A DNA stretch of 64,000 nucleotides from Patescibacteria group bacterium (GTDB lineage: Bacteria; Patescibacteriota; Patescibacteriia; UBA9934), in NCBI GenBank assembly GCA_038064675.1, contig JBBTSM010000002.1, positions 70,507-134,506 on the forward strand, given 5' to 3'. Position 1 is the stretch's first letter. Each line of letters opens with the position of its first letter. Both the position numbers and the translations under genes were made by a program. The notes below the pieces were generated by a model. The model ran no database searches and had not been told where the DNA came from. It saw only the letters and a list, made by a program, of their open reading frames with translations. This document shows, piece after piece, positions 1-8,209 of this stretch.

Positions 1-537
1 GTGCCGCTGCGGTCTGTGAAGAAGAGCTCATATTATCAAAAAGCAACCGTGGTGTTGCAGGAAACCGAAGTGTTCAATCTTTCGTTGCGAGAGAATATTC
101 TCCTTGCGAATCCGAAGAAGAAAGACGATGCATCGCTGAAGAAGGCGTTGAATATTGCGCACGTCACGTCGTTCCTTCATCGGTTATCTCAGGGCGTCGA
201 GACGATGATCGGCGAGAAAGGTGTAAAGCTTTCTGGTGGCGAGCGCCAGCGAGTTGGAATCGCACGTGCCGTGTTTAAGGAGCCGGAAGTGTTATTCCTC
301 GACGAGGCAACGTCGCATCTTGATGTGGAATCCGAAGAGAAGATTCAGGACTCACTGCATGTGTTTTTCAAGAACGTCACCGCGCTCGTTATTGCTCATC
401 GACTCACAACGATCAAGGAAATGGATCGGATTCTCGTGCTCGAGGGCGGGAGCATCATCGAATCTGGAACATTCGCTGAACTGTACGATCGAAAAGGCCG
501 ATTCTTTGAGCTTTGGGAGAAGCAGAAATTAGGGTAG
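1..537 (+). CDS. ABC transporter ATP-binding protein, C-terminal fragment (5' end lies outside the window)
   Basis: ABC signature LSGGERQRVGIARA, Walker B VLFLDEATSHLD and H-loop IAHRL are present; the frame is open from position 1 and ends at TAG 535-537. Confidence 0.8.
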   Translation: MPLRSVKKSSYYQKATVVLQETEVFNLSLRENILLANPKKKDDASLKKALNIAHVTSFLHRLSQGVETMIGEKGVKLSGGERQRVGIARAVFKEPEVLFLDEATSHLDVESEEKIQDSLHVFFKNVTALVIAHRLTTIKEMDRILVLEGGSIIESGTFAELYDRKGRFFELWEKQKLG

Positions 538-1833
538 GTATTTCTTGTTCTTCAGCCGCTCCGGCAAGTAGTCTTGTTTCGCATCGTCCGCATTCTTGAA
601 GTTTGGCGTGTACTTGTAGCCTTTACCGTAGCCGAGTTCCTTCATGAGTTTCGTTGGTGCGTTGCGCAGATGGATCGGAACCGGCTCATTCGGAAGGTTT
701 TGAATATCATCGGAAATACTTTGCCACGCCGTGTACAGCGCATTGGACTTCGGTGCTTTCGATAAGTACGCCACGCACTGTGCGATATTCACTGAACATT
801 CCGGCATGCCGATCTGGCCTGCGGCATCGTGCGCGGCAATAGCCTGAACAAGCGCGTTCGGATCCGCGAGACCAATGTCTTCGCTTGCGAATCGAATCAA
901 CCGGCGCGTGACGTAGCGTGGGTCTTCCCCAGAAAGCAGCATCCGCCCCATCCAATACAGTGCCGCATTCGCATCGTTCCCGCGCATGGATTTGTGCAAA
1001 GCAGAGATGATGTTGTAATGCTCTTCGCCATCTTTGTCGTAGTGGAGATGCGATTTCGCAAGCGCGGTCTTGATGAGATCTGATGTCACATTGATTTCTC
1101 TCCCTCCATTTATGGGGGGAGTCGGAGGGGGGCTTGATTGTGAGGGGGCTTTCGAGGGTCTTGCAGTCTTCACCGCCAGATCAAGCGTATTCAAAGCACT
1201 TCGCGCATCGCCGTTTGCAAAGTTCGCTAACATGCCAACCGCTTCGTCGTCGATCGCGATTGCTTCTTTGCCGAGTCCGAGTTCTTTATCGGCGATCGCG
1301 CGCTTCAAGATCTTTACAATCGATTCTGGTTCAAGCTGCTTGAGGACGATCACGCGCGATCGGGAAAGCAACGCACCGTTTACGGCGAAGGATGGATTTT
1401 CAGTGGTCGCGCCGATGAGAGTAATCGTTCCGTTTTCCACCGATGGGAGAAATGCATCTTGCTGCGCCTTGTTGAATCGGTGAATCTCGTCAACGAACAA
1501 AATGGTCTTTCGTTTGTAATATTTCCGATCGGTTTCCGCTTGGTCGATAATCGTTCGCACGTCCTTTACGCTGCCTCCAACCGCACTAAAGGGAACGAAC
1601 CGCGCCTTCGTCATGGTTGCGACGATTCTGGCGAGTGTGGTTTTTCCCGTTCCCGGCGGCCCCCAAAGCATCAAGGATGGCACGTCATCGGAAACAATCG
1701 CCGTATGCAACGGCGAGCCCGGCCCAACCACATCCTGCTGACCCTCGAATTCCTCGAGTGTCCGTGGCCGCATTCGTTCCGCGAGCGGCGTGTTTGCGGA
1801 AGGTTGGGTGATGACAGAGTCGAAGAGGTCCAT
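529..1833 (-). CDS. rarA: replication-associated recombination protein A (AAA+ ATPase, RarA/MgsA family)
   Basis: Walker A MLWGPPGTGKTTLARIVA, Walker B ILFVDEIHRFNK and the MgsA C-terminal helical region; start placed at MDLFDSV, because the upstream part of the ORF is Arg-rich read-through. Confidence 0.85.
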   Translation of the reverse strand: MDLFDSVITQPSANTPLAERMRPRTLEEFEGQQDVVGPGSPLHTAIVSDDVPSLMLWGPPGTGKTTLARIVATMTKARFVPFSAVGGSVKDVRTIIDQAETDRKYYKRKTILFVDEIHRFNKAQQDAFLPSVENGTITLIGATTENPSFAVNGALLSRSRVIVLKQLEPESIVKILKRAIADKELGLGKEAIAIDDEAVGMLANFANGDARSALNTLDLAVKTARPSKAPSQSSPPPTPPINGGREINVTSDLIKTALAKSHLHYDKDGEEHYNIISALHKSMRGNDANAALYWMGRMLLSGEDPRYVTRRLIRFASEDIGLADPNALVQAIAAHDAAGQIGMPECSVNIAQCVAYLSKAPKSNALYTAWQSISDDIQNLPNEPVPIHLRNAPTKLMKELGYGKGYKYTPNFKNADDAKQDYLPERLKNKKYLP

Positions 1834-1862
1834 ACAAAAGAATTGTACGGCGTTTGTTCGGA

Positions 1863-1905
1863 AACAGGAACGCCGCCAGCCCACAGGGGATGGCGGCGTC
1901 CGTCG
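1863..1905 (-). terminator. hairpin terminator module, copy 1 of a 45-nt repeat (GCCGCC..GGCGGC stem; minus-strand 3' tail GUUCCUGUUU)
   Basis: inverted repeat gccgccagcccacaggggatggcggc lies directly 3' of the stop of the minus-strand gene at 1935; a near-identical copy is at 2576-2620. Confidence 0.55.
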
Positions 1906-1934
1906 TCTGCGGTTCGTCGTCGCGAGCTCCGCAG

Positions 1935-2444
1935 CTAGACTGCCGGGGGAGCGTCGGGGAGCTGCTCAGCGAGAGCGCGAAGGATCCCTGGCGTGATCGC
2001 GTCGATGGTGGCCGCGATGTCGTGAGCTCGAGGGAGTGTCACCGTGAAAGCCAGGATCTGGGACGCTTTTCGAACTTCATGGTGGTGTGTGCGCACTTCG
2101 TCTGTGTTTGTTCGCTCATCCGCACTGAGGCTTCGCATCAAGCCGAGGGTGCACGTGAGGAGGTTGGTATCCACTGTAATCCCGGTTTGCTGGAATGATG
2201 CCCGCGGCCCTTCGATGTGTTCCCGAGGCACGTGCGCTTTGATGAGTGCCGCGAGAGCAAGGAGATCGACAGTCGGAACGGTGACACGGGTGACTGCGAA
2301 TCCTTGTGCCTTGTTTACGAAGCACGAGACGACTTCATCGATTCGCTTGCTGAGCGGGAAGATGTGAGCGATCGTGATGGTGCTCTGATCTGCGTTGAGG
2401 CCGATCAGGGTCGTCGGTGCGATCGGGTTGAAGACCATGGCCAT
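1935..2444 (-). CDS. hypothetical protein (169 aa), no family recognised
   Basis: clean ORF bracketed on both sides by the repeated terminator module; neighbouring frames are not protein-like. Confidence 0.5.
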   Translation of the reverse strand: MAMVFNPIAPTTLIGLNADQSTITIAHIFPLSKRIDEVVSCFVNKAQGFAVTRVTVPTVDLLALAALIKAHVPREHIEGPRASFQQTGITVDTNLLTCTLGLMRSLSADERTNTDEVRTHHHEVRKASQILAFTVTLPRAHDIAATIDAITPGILRALAEQLPDAPPAV

Positions 2445-2500
2445 TGGAACCTCTGGGTGCGTGTACTGTAGCCTATCGGTTCTTTTTTATCATCTTCACT

Positions 2501-2533
2501 CCTTCAGTCATCCCCGCGCAGGCGGGGATCCAG
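2501..2533. repeat. 33-nt palindromic element ccttcagtcatccccgcgcaggcggggatccag (copy 1), resembling a type I-E CRISPR repeat
   Basis: exact 33/33 match to 53144-53176; the core ATCCCCGCGCAGGCGGGGAT is a perfect stem-loop like the E. coli I-E repeat (CCCCGCGC.AGCGGGGAT). Confidence 0.6.
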
Positions 2534-2575
2534 ATCGTTTGGAATATTGGAATATATAAAACGAGAATCCTTCTA

Positions 2576-2620
2576 AAACAGGAACGCCGCCAGCCCACAG
2601 GGGCCGGCGGCGGTCGTCGT
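2576..2620 (-). terminator. hairpin terminator module, copy 2 of the 45-nt repeat
   Basis: aaacaggaacgccgccagcccacaggggccggcggcggtcgtcgt lies 3' of the stop of the minus-strand gene at 2641. Confidence 0.55.
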
Positions 2621-2640
2621 GTGTGTTGTCGGGACTTGTC

Positions 2641-2946
2641 TCAGCCCCTGTTCTGCTCGTATTTTTTGAGTGTTGTGGCGAGCCTTGCTCGTTGCGCCGC
2701 CGCAACTCCCGAAGAAGTGTCGAAGATCTTCCCGCCTTCGACGAAGCCCAGAAGCCGCCTCAGCGCCTCCAGTTCTTTTGGGGTGCACTGGATCTTTTTC
2801 GCTTCGCCTTCTGCCGAGATCACAATGATGAGGAGGTCCCCCGAACCGAGTTCTCCTACGCCGACTGCGCCCCCCTCAATCATTTTCATTGCAACGAACC
2901 GCCGCTTTTCGCCAGCTTCCGTTTCTACTTCGATGATACCGGTCAT
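2641..2946 (-). CDS. hypothetical small protein (about 101 aa)
   Basis: ORF with a protein-like composition (MTGIIEVETEAGEKRRFVAMKMIEGG...) and its own copy of the repeated terminator; the start is uncertain (2946 or 2982). Confidence 0.4.
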   Translation of the reverse strand: MTGIIEVETEAGEKRRFVAMKMIEGGAVGVGELGSGDLLIIVISAEGEAKKIQCTPKELEALRRLLGFVEGGKIFDTSSGVAAAQRARLATTLKKYEQNRG

Positions 2947-2994
2947 GCTTCTTCCTGGTGAATCGAACGAAGAACAGTACATTCAACACTAGTA

Positions 2995-3936
2995 TCAGTC
3001 AATCTTCTTCAACTTCGCCACGAAAAATCCTTCGTATAATTTTGTAGGCAAAAGAGTGATGGATTTGGTTTCTTTGTGGACGATGCCGGGAAATGGGAGA
3101 TCGATTGCCTCGGCGACAAGATTGGGGAATTCGCTGAGCGCCCAGTTCACGATGCGTTCGTTTTCGTTGGGATCGAGAGTACAAGTGGAATACACGAGGG
3201 TTCCGCCGGGTTTGAGTGCCGCGTATGCCGAAGTAAACAATCGGCGTTGGAGTTCTGGGTATGCGTCGTGTGTTGCGTCGTTCCATGTTTCGAAAGAGCT
3301 GTCGTCGTCAGCATCAATCCGGCCTTCGCCGGAACAGGGAACATCGAGAAGAATCTTGTCGAATGCTTCCGGCATCATCGCTCCGAGTTTCGTCGAATCT
3401 ACTTGCTGTGTTTTAACGAATTCTGCGCCTTGGATTTTCAGTGTGTTGTGTAATTTTTGGTATCGAACAAAATTTGGTTCGAATGCGGAAATATTCACAT
3501 TGCCTACCTTGCCCTCTGCCCTTTGTCCTCCCATCACCATCGCCGCCATCTGGCTTGTCTTGCTCCCCGGCGCTGCGCAAAAATCGGCGATTGCTTCGCT
3601 CGGTTTTGGATCGAGGACAATCGGCGGCAACATCGATGTGAGGCCTTGCAAATAGACGAGGCCGTCCAAGCACATCTTATGGTTGAGGAGCTCCTTTGCT
3701 TTTCGATTCTTGATGATGAACGCGTGCGCTAATCCCTTGGAGCGTTCGAACTGAATCAGCTCTTGGCGGAAGATTTCCATGATCGCGGCATCGTTTGATT
3801 TTAACGTGTTCACGCGAAGGGTGACGTTGCGGCTAGTCATGCCCATTACCGCCTGGCGTGCTTTTGCAACGCCAAACTGTTCTTCGAGCCGATCAATGAG
3901 GCTTTGGGGGAGGGAGAAGGACATAGGGCGGAGCAT
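2995..3936 (-). CDS. rsmB: rRNA (cytosine-C5) methyltransferase, RsmB/Sun/NOL1 family
   Basis: SAM-binding motif I DFCAAPGSKT, motif IV/VI LLDVPCSGEG and the catalytic Cys region STCT; start placed at MLRPMSFSL, because upstream residues of the ORF look like read-through. Confidence 0.75.
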   Translation of the reverse strand: MLRPMSFSLPQSLIDRLEEQFGVAKARQAVMGMTSRNVTLRVNTLKSNDAAIMEIFRQELIQFERSKGLAHAFIIKNRKAKELLNHKMCLDGLVYLQGLTSMLPPIVLDPKPSEAIADFCAAPGSKTSQMAAMVMGGQRAEGKVGNVNISAFEPNFVRYQKLHNTLKIQGAEFVKTQQVDSTKLGAMMPEAFDKILLDVPCSGEGRIDADDDSSFETWNDATHDAYPELQRRLFTSAYAALKPGGTLVYSTCTLDPNENERIVNWALSEFPNLVAEAIDLPFPGIVHKETKSITLLPTKLYEGFFVAKLKKID

Positions 3937-3961
3937 AGCAGATTCTTGAAAAATGTCCTCA

Positions 3962-4014
3962 TACACAGCTGGAAATTCAGTATTAAACGTGAAACGCGCC
4001 TCTGGCAAAAGCCG
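3962..4014 (-). terminator. hairpin AACGCGCC/GGCGCGTT followed by U-rich tail on the minus strand
   Basis: 8-bp perfect stem directly 3' of the stop of gene 4044-4490. Confidence 0.45.
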
Positions 4015-4043
4015 CGGGCGCGTTCGTGTAGGGCGGTGAGTTC

Positions 4044-4490
4044 TTAGAGCCGTTCGCTCTGGATCTCCGCTGAGTTGTACGGAAGCACGCGATCTCGCGG
4101 AATCCGGCGTGTCCCCAGTGCTTCCGGCGTCGGCTCCACATCGATCCACTCTTCGTGTTCGATACTCCACCGCACCCATGCCTGAGGCGTGTCGCCAGGG
4201 ATGGGAACGTTGTTTGGACAGGTGTAGCGGAGGAGGAAGTTCCTGGGGTCGTTCGTCATGTGCGTGATGACGCTTTTCCAACTGGCTTGAAGGGCAGCTT
4301 GCGGAGTGGGGCCGTCTCCCCAGCCCATTGAGCCGAAACCACCGTTGGGATGGGATGCTGTGCAGTTGGGGATGCTGACGTACCATCTGCGAGGATCATC
4401 GGTGGAGAACGTGTTCCGGTAGCGGATGCACGTACCGTGGTCGAGCTGCATGAGCCGTCTCATGATCGTATCTGAATCGACTGCCGGCAT
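4044..4490 (-). CDS. hypothetical protein (148 aa)
   Basis: ORF with its own downstream terminator; no motif recognised. Confidence 0.4.
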   Translation of the reverse strand: MPAVDSDTIMRRLMQLDHGTCIRYRNTFSTDDPRRWYVSIPNCTASHPNGGFGSMGWGDGPTPQAALQASWKSVITHMTNDPRNFLLRYTCPNNVPIPGDTPQAWVRWSIEHEEWIDVEPTPEALGTRRIPRDRVLPYNSAEIQSERL

Positions 4491-4550
4491 GTTTTACACC
4501 TCGCTACACATCTACCATATTTCCTTAGAATTGGATACGATGTGCGGCAT

Positions 4551-6950
4551 ATGTCGTACGACCATAAGAACATCGACGGGAAGTGGCAGAAGCGCTGGAT
4601 GGATGCTGGTGTTTTTGAGGCGAAGAACGATTCTCCAAAAGAAAAGTGCTATTTGCTCGTGGAATTCCCGTATCCGTCGGGCGCTGGGCTTCATGTTGGT
4701 CATCCACGAAGCTACACCGCAATCGATATCATTGCGCGAAAGCGACGCATGGAAGGCAAGAACGTATTGTTCCCGATGGGCTGGGATGCCTTTGGTTTGC
4801 CGGCGGAGAATTACGCCATCAAAACCGGAAACCATCCCGGAACCTTCACGCAAACAAACATCGATACGTTCCGACGCCAGTTGCAGTCGATGGGATTCAG
4901 CTTTGATTGGAGCCGCGAGGTGAACACCACCGATCCCGCGTACTACAAATGGACGCAATGGATGTTCTTGGAATTCTTCAAAGCCGGACTCGCGTATAAA
5001 GCTGAGATGGCGATTAACTGGTGCCCGAAAGATTTGTGCGGACTCGCGAATGAGGAGGTGATTGCCGGAAAGTGTGAGCGCTGTGGAACGCCGGTGGAAA
5101 AAAAGATGAAGTCGCAGTGGATGATTGCGATTACGAAATACGCAGATCGTTTGCTCGCCGATCTGGATACGGTGAATTACTTGCCGAAGATTAAGAAGCA
5201 ACAGGAAGAATGGATTGGGCGTAAAGAGGGAATGATCTTCCATCACAAGGTAAAAGACCTTGACGCTGTTCTCGATAGCTTCACCGCGTATCCAATTTGG
5301 TCGTATGCCGATACGTTCCTCGTCATTGCCCCTGAGCATCCGGTGGTCGCCGATCTCGTTGCTGGAACCGAGTACGAATCTGCGGTAAACGCGTTTATCG
5401 AAGAAACGAAGGCCATCAGCGACGATGCGCGAACGGAAGATTCCTTCGAGAAGAAGGGCGTGTTTACTGGTCGTGTCGCGATCGATCCTCTCACTGGGCG
5501 TGAAATGCCAGTGTGGATTGCAAACTTTGCGTTGATGAATTTCGGAACGGGAATTATTCGTTGTTCTGCGCACGATGAGCGTGACGTGGAGTTTGCGACG
5601 AAGTATCAGATTCCGATGGTTGAAGTTGTTGATCGCGTGAATCCAGATGAACCGGTTAGCGCGCACGACAATGCCGGAGTGTTGAAAGATTCAGGGCCGT
5701 TTACTGGAAAGTCGATCACGCCAGAGCTCATTGAAGAATCCATTGCGTGGTTTGCGGCGCAGGGATTCGGTGAAAAGCATGTGACGTATCGCTTGCGTGA
5801 CTGGGTGTTTTCTCGTCAGCGTTATTGGGGTGAGCCGATTCCGCTTGTTCACTGCGAAGTCGACGGCTGGGTTGCGGTTCCTGTTAAAGAGTTGCCGGTC
5901 GTGCTTCCGAATGTTGAGAATTATCAGCCAACAGAGAATGGTGAATCGCCATTAGCGAACATCGAGAGTTTCGTGAACACGAAATGTCCTCAGTGTGGCG
6001 GGGCAGCAAAGCGCGAAACGGATACCATGCCAAACTGGGCAGGAAGTAGTTGGTATTTCTTGCGCTACACCGACGCGCACAACGACAAGGAATTCGCGTC
6101 AAAAGAGGCATTAAAGCAGTGGATGCCGATCGATATCTACAACGGCGGCATGGAGCACACCACGCTCCACTTATTGTATTCACGGTTCTGGAATAAGTTT
6201 TTGTTCGATAAGGGTTTCGTTCCAACGAGCGAGCCATATGCACGTCGTCATAGTCATGGATTGATCATGTCGGAGGACGGAACAAAGATGAGTAAGAGCA
6301 AGGGCAATGTGGTGAATCCGGATGAGATCGTCGACCAACACGGCGCCGACACGCTTCGTGTGTACGAAATGTTCATGGGGCCGTTCGAGGAGCCGGTGCC
6401 ATGGAACACGAATGGCGTCATTGGCGTTCGACGGTTCTTGGATAAGGCGATCCGCATGGTCGAGAAGGTTTCGGAGAATGAAGACGTTGCGGTGACGAAA
6501 TCGTTGCACCGTACAATTGCGAAGATCGCGAGCGACATCGAAGGATTCGGATTCAATACTGCCGTTGCGCAGCTCATGATGTTCGTGAATGTGGTGCAGG
6601 AGAAGGGCGCGATTACGACGGAATCGTTGAAAACATTCTTGCGTGTTCTTGTCCCATTTGCTCCGCACGTCGCGAATGAAATGTGGGAGAAGCTCGGCGG
6701 AGTGGGATTCGTTGAGGAGCAGGAGTGGCCGGTTGCCGATGCGTTGATGCTGAAAGACGACACCGTCGAGATTGCAGTGCAGGTGAACGGAAAGCTTCGA
6801 GGAACGATTGTGGTCGCGTCCGACGAGATCGAAGAAACGATCGTAAAGATGGCGCGGACTGATGAGAATGTTTCGAAGTATGTGACCGGTGAACCAAAGA
6901 AGACGATTGTAGTGAAGGGGAAGCTGGTGAACTTTGTGGTGGAGCTTTAG
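4551..6950 (+). CDS. leuS: leucyl-tRNA synthetase
   Basis: HIGH-region PYPSGAGLHVGHPRSY, KMSKS motif KMSKSKGN, and the CP1 editing and anticodon-binding regions with typical LeuS sequence. Confidence 0.95.
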   Translation: MSYDHKNIDGKWQKRWMDAGVFEAKNDSPKEKCYLLVEFPYPSGAGLHVGHPRSYTAIDIIARKRRMEGKNVLFPMGWDAFGLPAENYAIKTGNHPGTFTQTNIDTFRRQLQSMGFSFDWSREVNTTDPAYYKWTQWMFLEFFKAGLAYKAEMAINWCPKDLCGLANEEVIAGKCERCGTPVEKKMKSQWMIAITKYADRLLADLDTVNYLPKIKKQQEEWIGRKEGMIFHHKVKDLDAVLDSFTAYPIWSYADTFLVIAPEHPVVADLVAGTEYESAVNAFIEETKAISDDARTEDSFEKKGVFTGRVAIDPLTGREMPVWIANFALMNFGTGIIRCSAHDERDVEFATKYQIPMVEVVDRVNPDEPVSAHDNAGVLKDSGPFTGKSITPELIEESIAWFAAQGFGEKHVTYRLRDWVFSRQRYWGEPIPLVHCEVDGWVAVPVKELPVVLPNVENYQPTENGESPLANIESFVNTKCPQCGGAAKRETDTMPNWAGSSWYFLRYTDAHNDKEFASKEALKQWMPIDIYNGGMEHTTLHLLYSRFWNKFLFDKGFVPTSEPYARRHSHGLIMSEDGTKMSKSKGNVVNPDEIVDQHGADTLRVYEMFMGPFEEPVPWNTNGVIGVRRFLDKAIRMVEKVSENEDVAVTKSLHRTIAKIASDIEGFGFNTAVAQLMMFVNVVQEKGAITTESLKTFLRVLVPFAPHVANEMWEKLGGVGFVEEQEWPVADALMLKDDTVEIAVQVNGKLRGTIVVASDEIEETIVKMARTDENVSKYVTGEPKKTIVVKGKLVNFVVEL

Positions 6951-6955
6951 AAAAA

Positions 6956-7008
6956 CGTCAGGCCGTGTTCTGTGTTTTTTTGCACAGTATGGCCTGACTT
7001 TTGTGATT
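6956..7008 (+). terminator. nested hairpin terminator after leuS (GTCAGGCC..GGCCTGAC around CTGTG-T7-CACAG, then a T-run)
   Basis: inverted repeats 6958-6965/6999-7006 directly after the leuS stop. Confidence 0.5.
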
Positions 7009-7045
7009 TCCGGAATTTTATGACAATCTGTGTGTGGAGGTTCTC

Positions 7046-8140
7046 ATGACCCTGGATAAGAGTGCTTTCGGTGCCGCACTCGGCCTGTGTGATGTGTCGC
7101 GTTTGGAGTGGGCGGAGATTCTTCTTGTCGCCAATCGGGAAGTGATTGCCAACGAGACGCTTGTTAGTATTGTGGAAACGCTCCATGCGTCCATCGCGCA
7201 GAGCGGGTATACCGACATGGCTTTCACTGATCTGGACGAAATGTTCCAGGAATACTTCTCTCATCGGCCCGAGCAGTGGCGTGTCGTGGTTGAGCGCTTG
7301 CGTTCAGAGACGTGGAGCTTCCCCGAATTGTGCATCATCCTTGCTGTGCTTCACTGTGGTCGGAAGACGCTTCCGGAAACCCAGGGAGTGGTCTTCGATC
7401 TTGCACTGGCACTGACGACGACGATCGATAGCTGCCGCGTGCTTCATTCGCTGGCAGCGACGAATGCGCAGATGCGGTCTGTGCTGGAGCGGATGTTCCA
7501 GCTAGGCGTGTACACGGCCGATCTGGAGCTGCTCATCTGGTACGCCAGCCAACTGCCCAGCGAGCGCTCCGCGTGCGACGTCCTTGTCCGTCGGCTCGAC
7601 GAGGTTCCTCTGGATTCTGCTGAGCATCGGAAGATCTGGCTCCGTGTGTACCTGACGTGCGCGTTGTTTTCCGATCTGGAAGTCGATCTGCACGATAGGC
7701 TGTCTCGGCTGCTGGTGTTTCCGCTCACCGCCGCCGGCGATGTTGAGCTGCTGGCGAAGATCTGTCGGGATGTGGCGGGTGAAAATCTGCTGTTCGACAC
7801 CGCGACGACCAGTGTGATCGCAATCGCCTTCGCAATTGAAGGCGATCCGAATCGTCATCCGGATGTGGGCTATCAGTCGCTGGCAGCTGCAGCGGCGGTG
7901 ATGCGCGATCTGCTTCACCCTAATGCGATCATGAATCATCCGCTCATGCCGCAGTCGAGGGTGCTGCTTGCGCGCAGTAGGTTATGGAGGGCTATGGAAG
8001 CGCGAATCGGAAATCGTGACGACGCGGTGCATCTCCTCAAGCAGGTTTCGCGAAAGGACGACGAACGCCTGTTCCTCCGACTGTGTGTACTCGTGCGAAA
8101 ATTCTCCACTACGCCGGCACCGGACGAACCACAGGGGTAA
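7046..8140 (+). CDS. hypothetical Leu/Ala-rich helical protein (364 aa)
   Basis: ORF with a GGAGG ribosome-binding site 5 nt upstream of ATG 7046; G+C is visibly higher than its neighbours; no family recognised. Confidence 0.5.
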   Translation: MTLDKSAFGAALGLCDVSRLEWAEILLVANREVIANETLVSIVETLHASIAQSGYTDMAFTDLDEMFQEYFSHRPEQWRVVVERLRSETWSFPELCIILAVLHCGRKTLPETQGVVFDLALALTTTIDSCRVLHSLAATNAQMRSVLERMFQLGVYTADLELLIWYASQLPSERSACDVLVRRLDEVPLDSAEHRKIWLRVYLTCALFSDLEVDLHDRLSRLLVFPLTAAGDVELLAKICRDVAGENLLFDTATTSVIAIAFAIEGDPNRHPDVGYQSLAAAAAVMRDLLHPNAIMNHPLMPQSRVLLARSRLWRAMEARIGNRDDAVHLLKQVSRKDDERLFLRLCVLVRKFSTTPAPDEPQG

Positions 8141-8209
8141 ATCACCTGACGACGAGAAGCCCTGGGCCGTACGCGGCTCGGGGCTTCTGTGCGTTTAGGC
8201 TGAGGACGA

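Noticed and set aside
2444-2992. 182-aa plus-strand ORF covering the rarA-rsmB accessory cassette
   Set aside because: Translates through the CRISPR-like palindrome and the terminator repeat. The minus-strand ORFs with their own terminators are the better model.
3056-3655. 199-aa plus-strand ORF inside rsmB
   Set aside because: Antisense to the methyltransferase gene, which has clear SAM-binding motifs.
4512-5666. 384-aa minus-strand ORF antisense to leuS
   Set aside because: It lies entirely inside the well-supported leuS gene on the opposite strand. Its sequence is Arg/His-rich and of low complexity, a typical shadow ORF.
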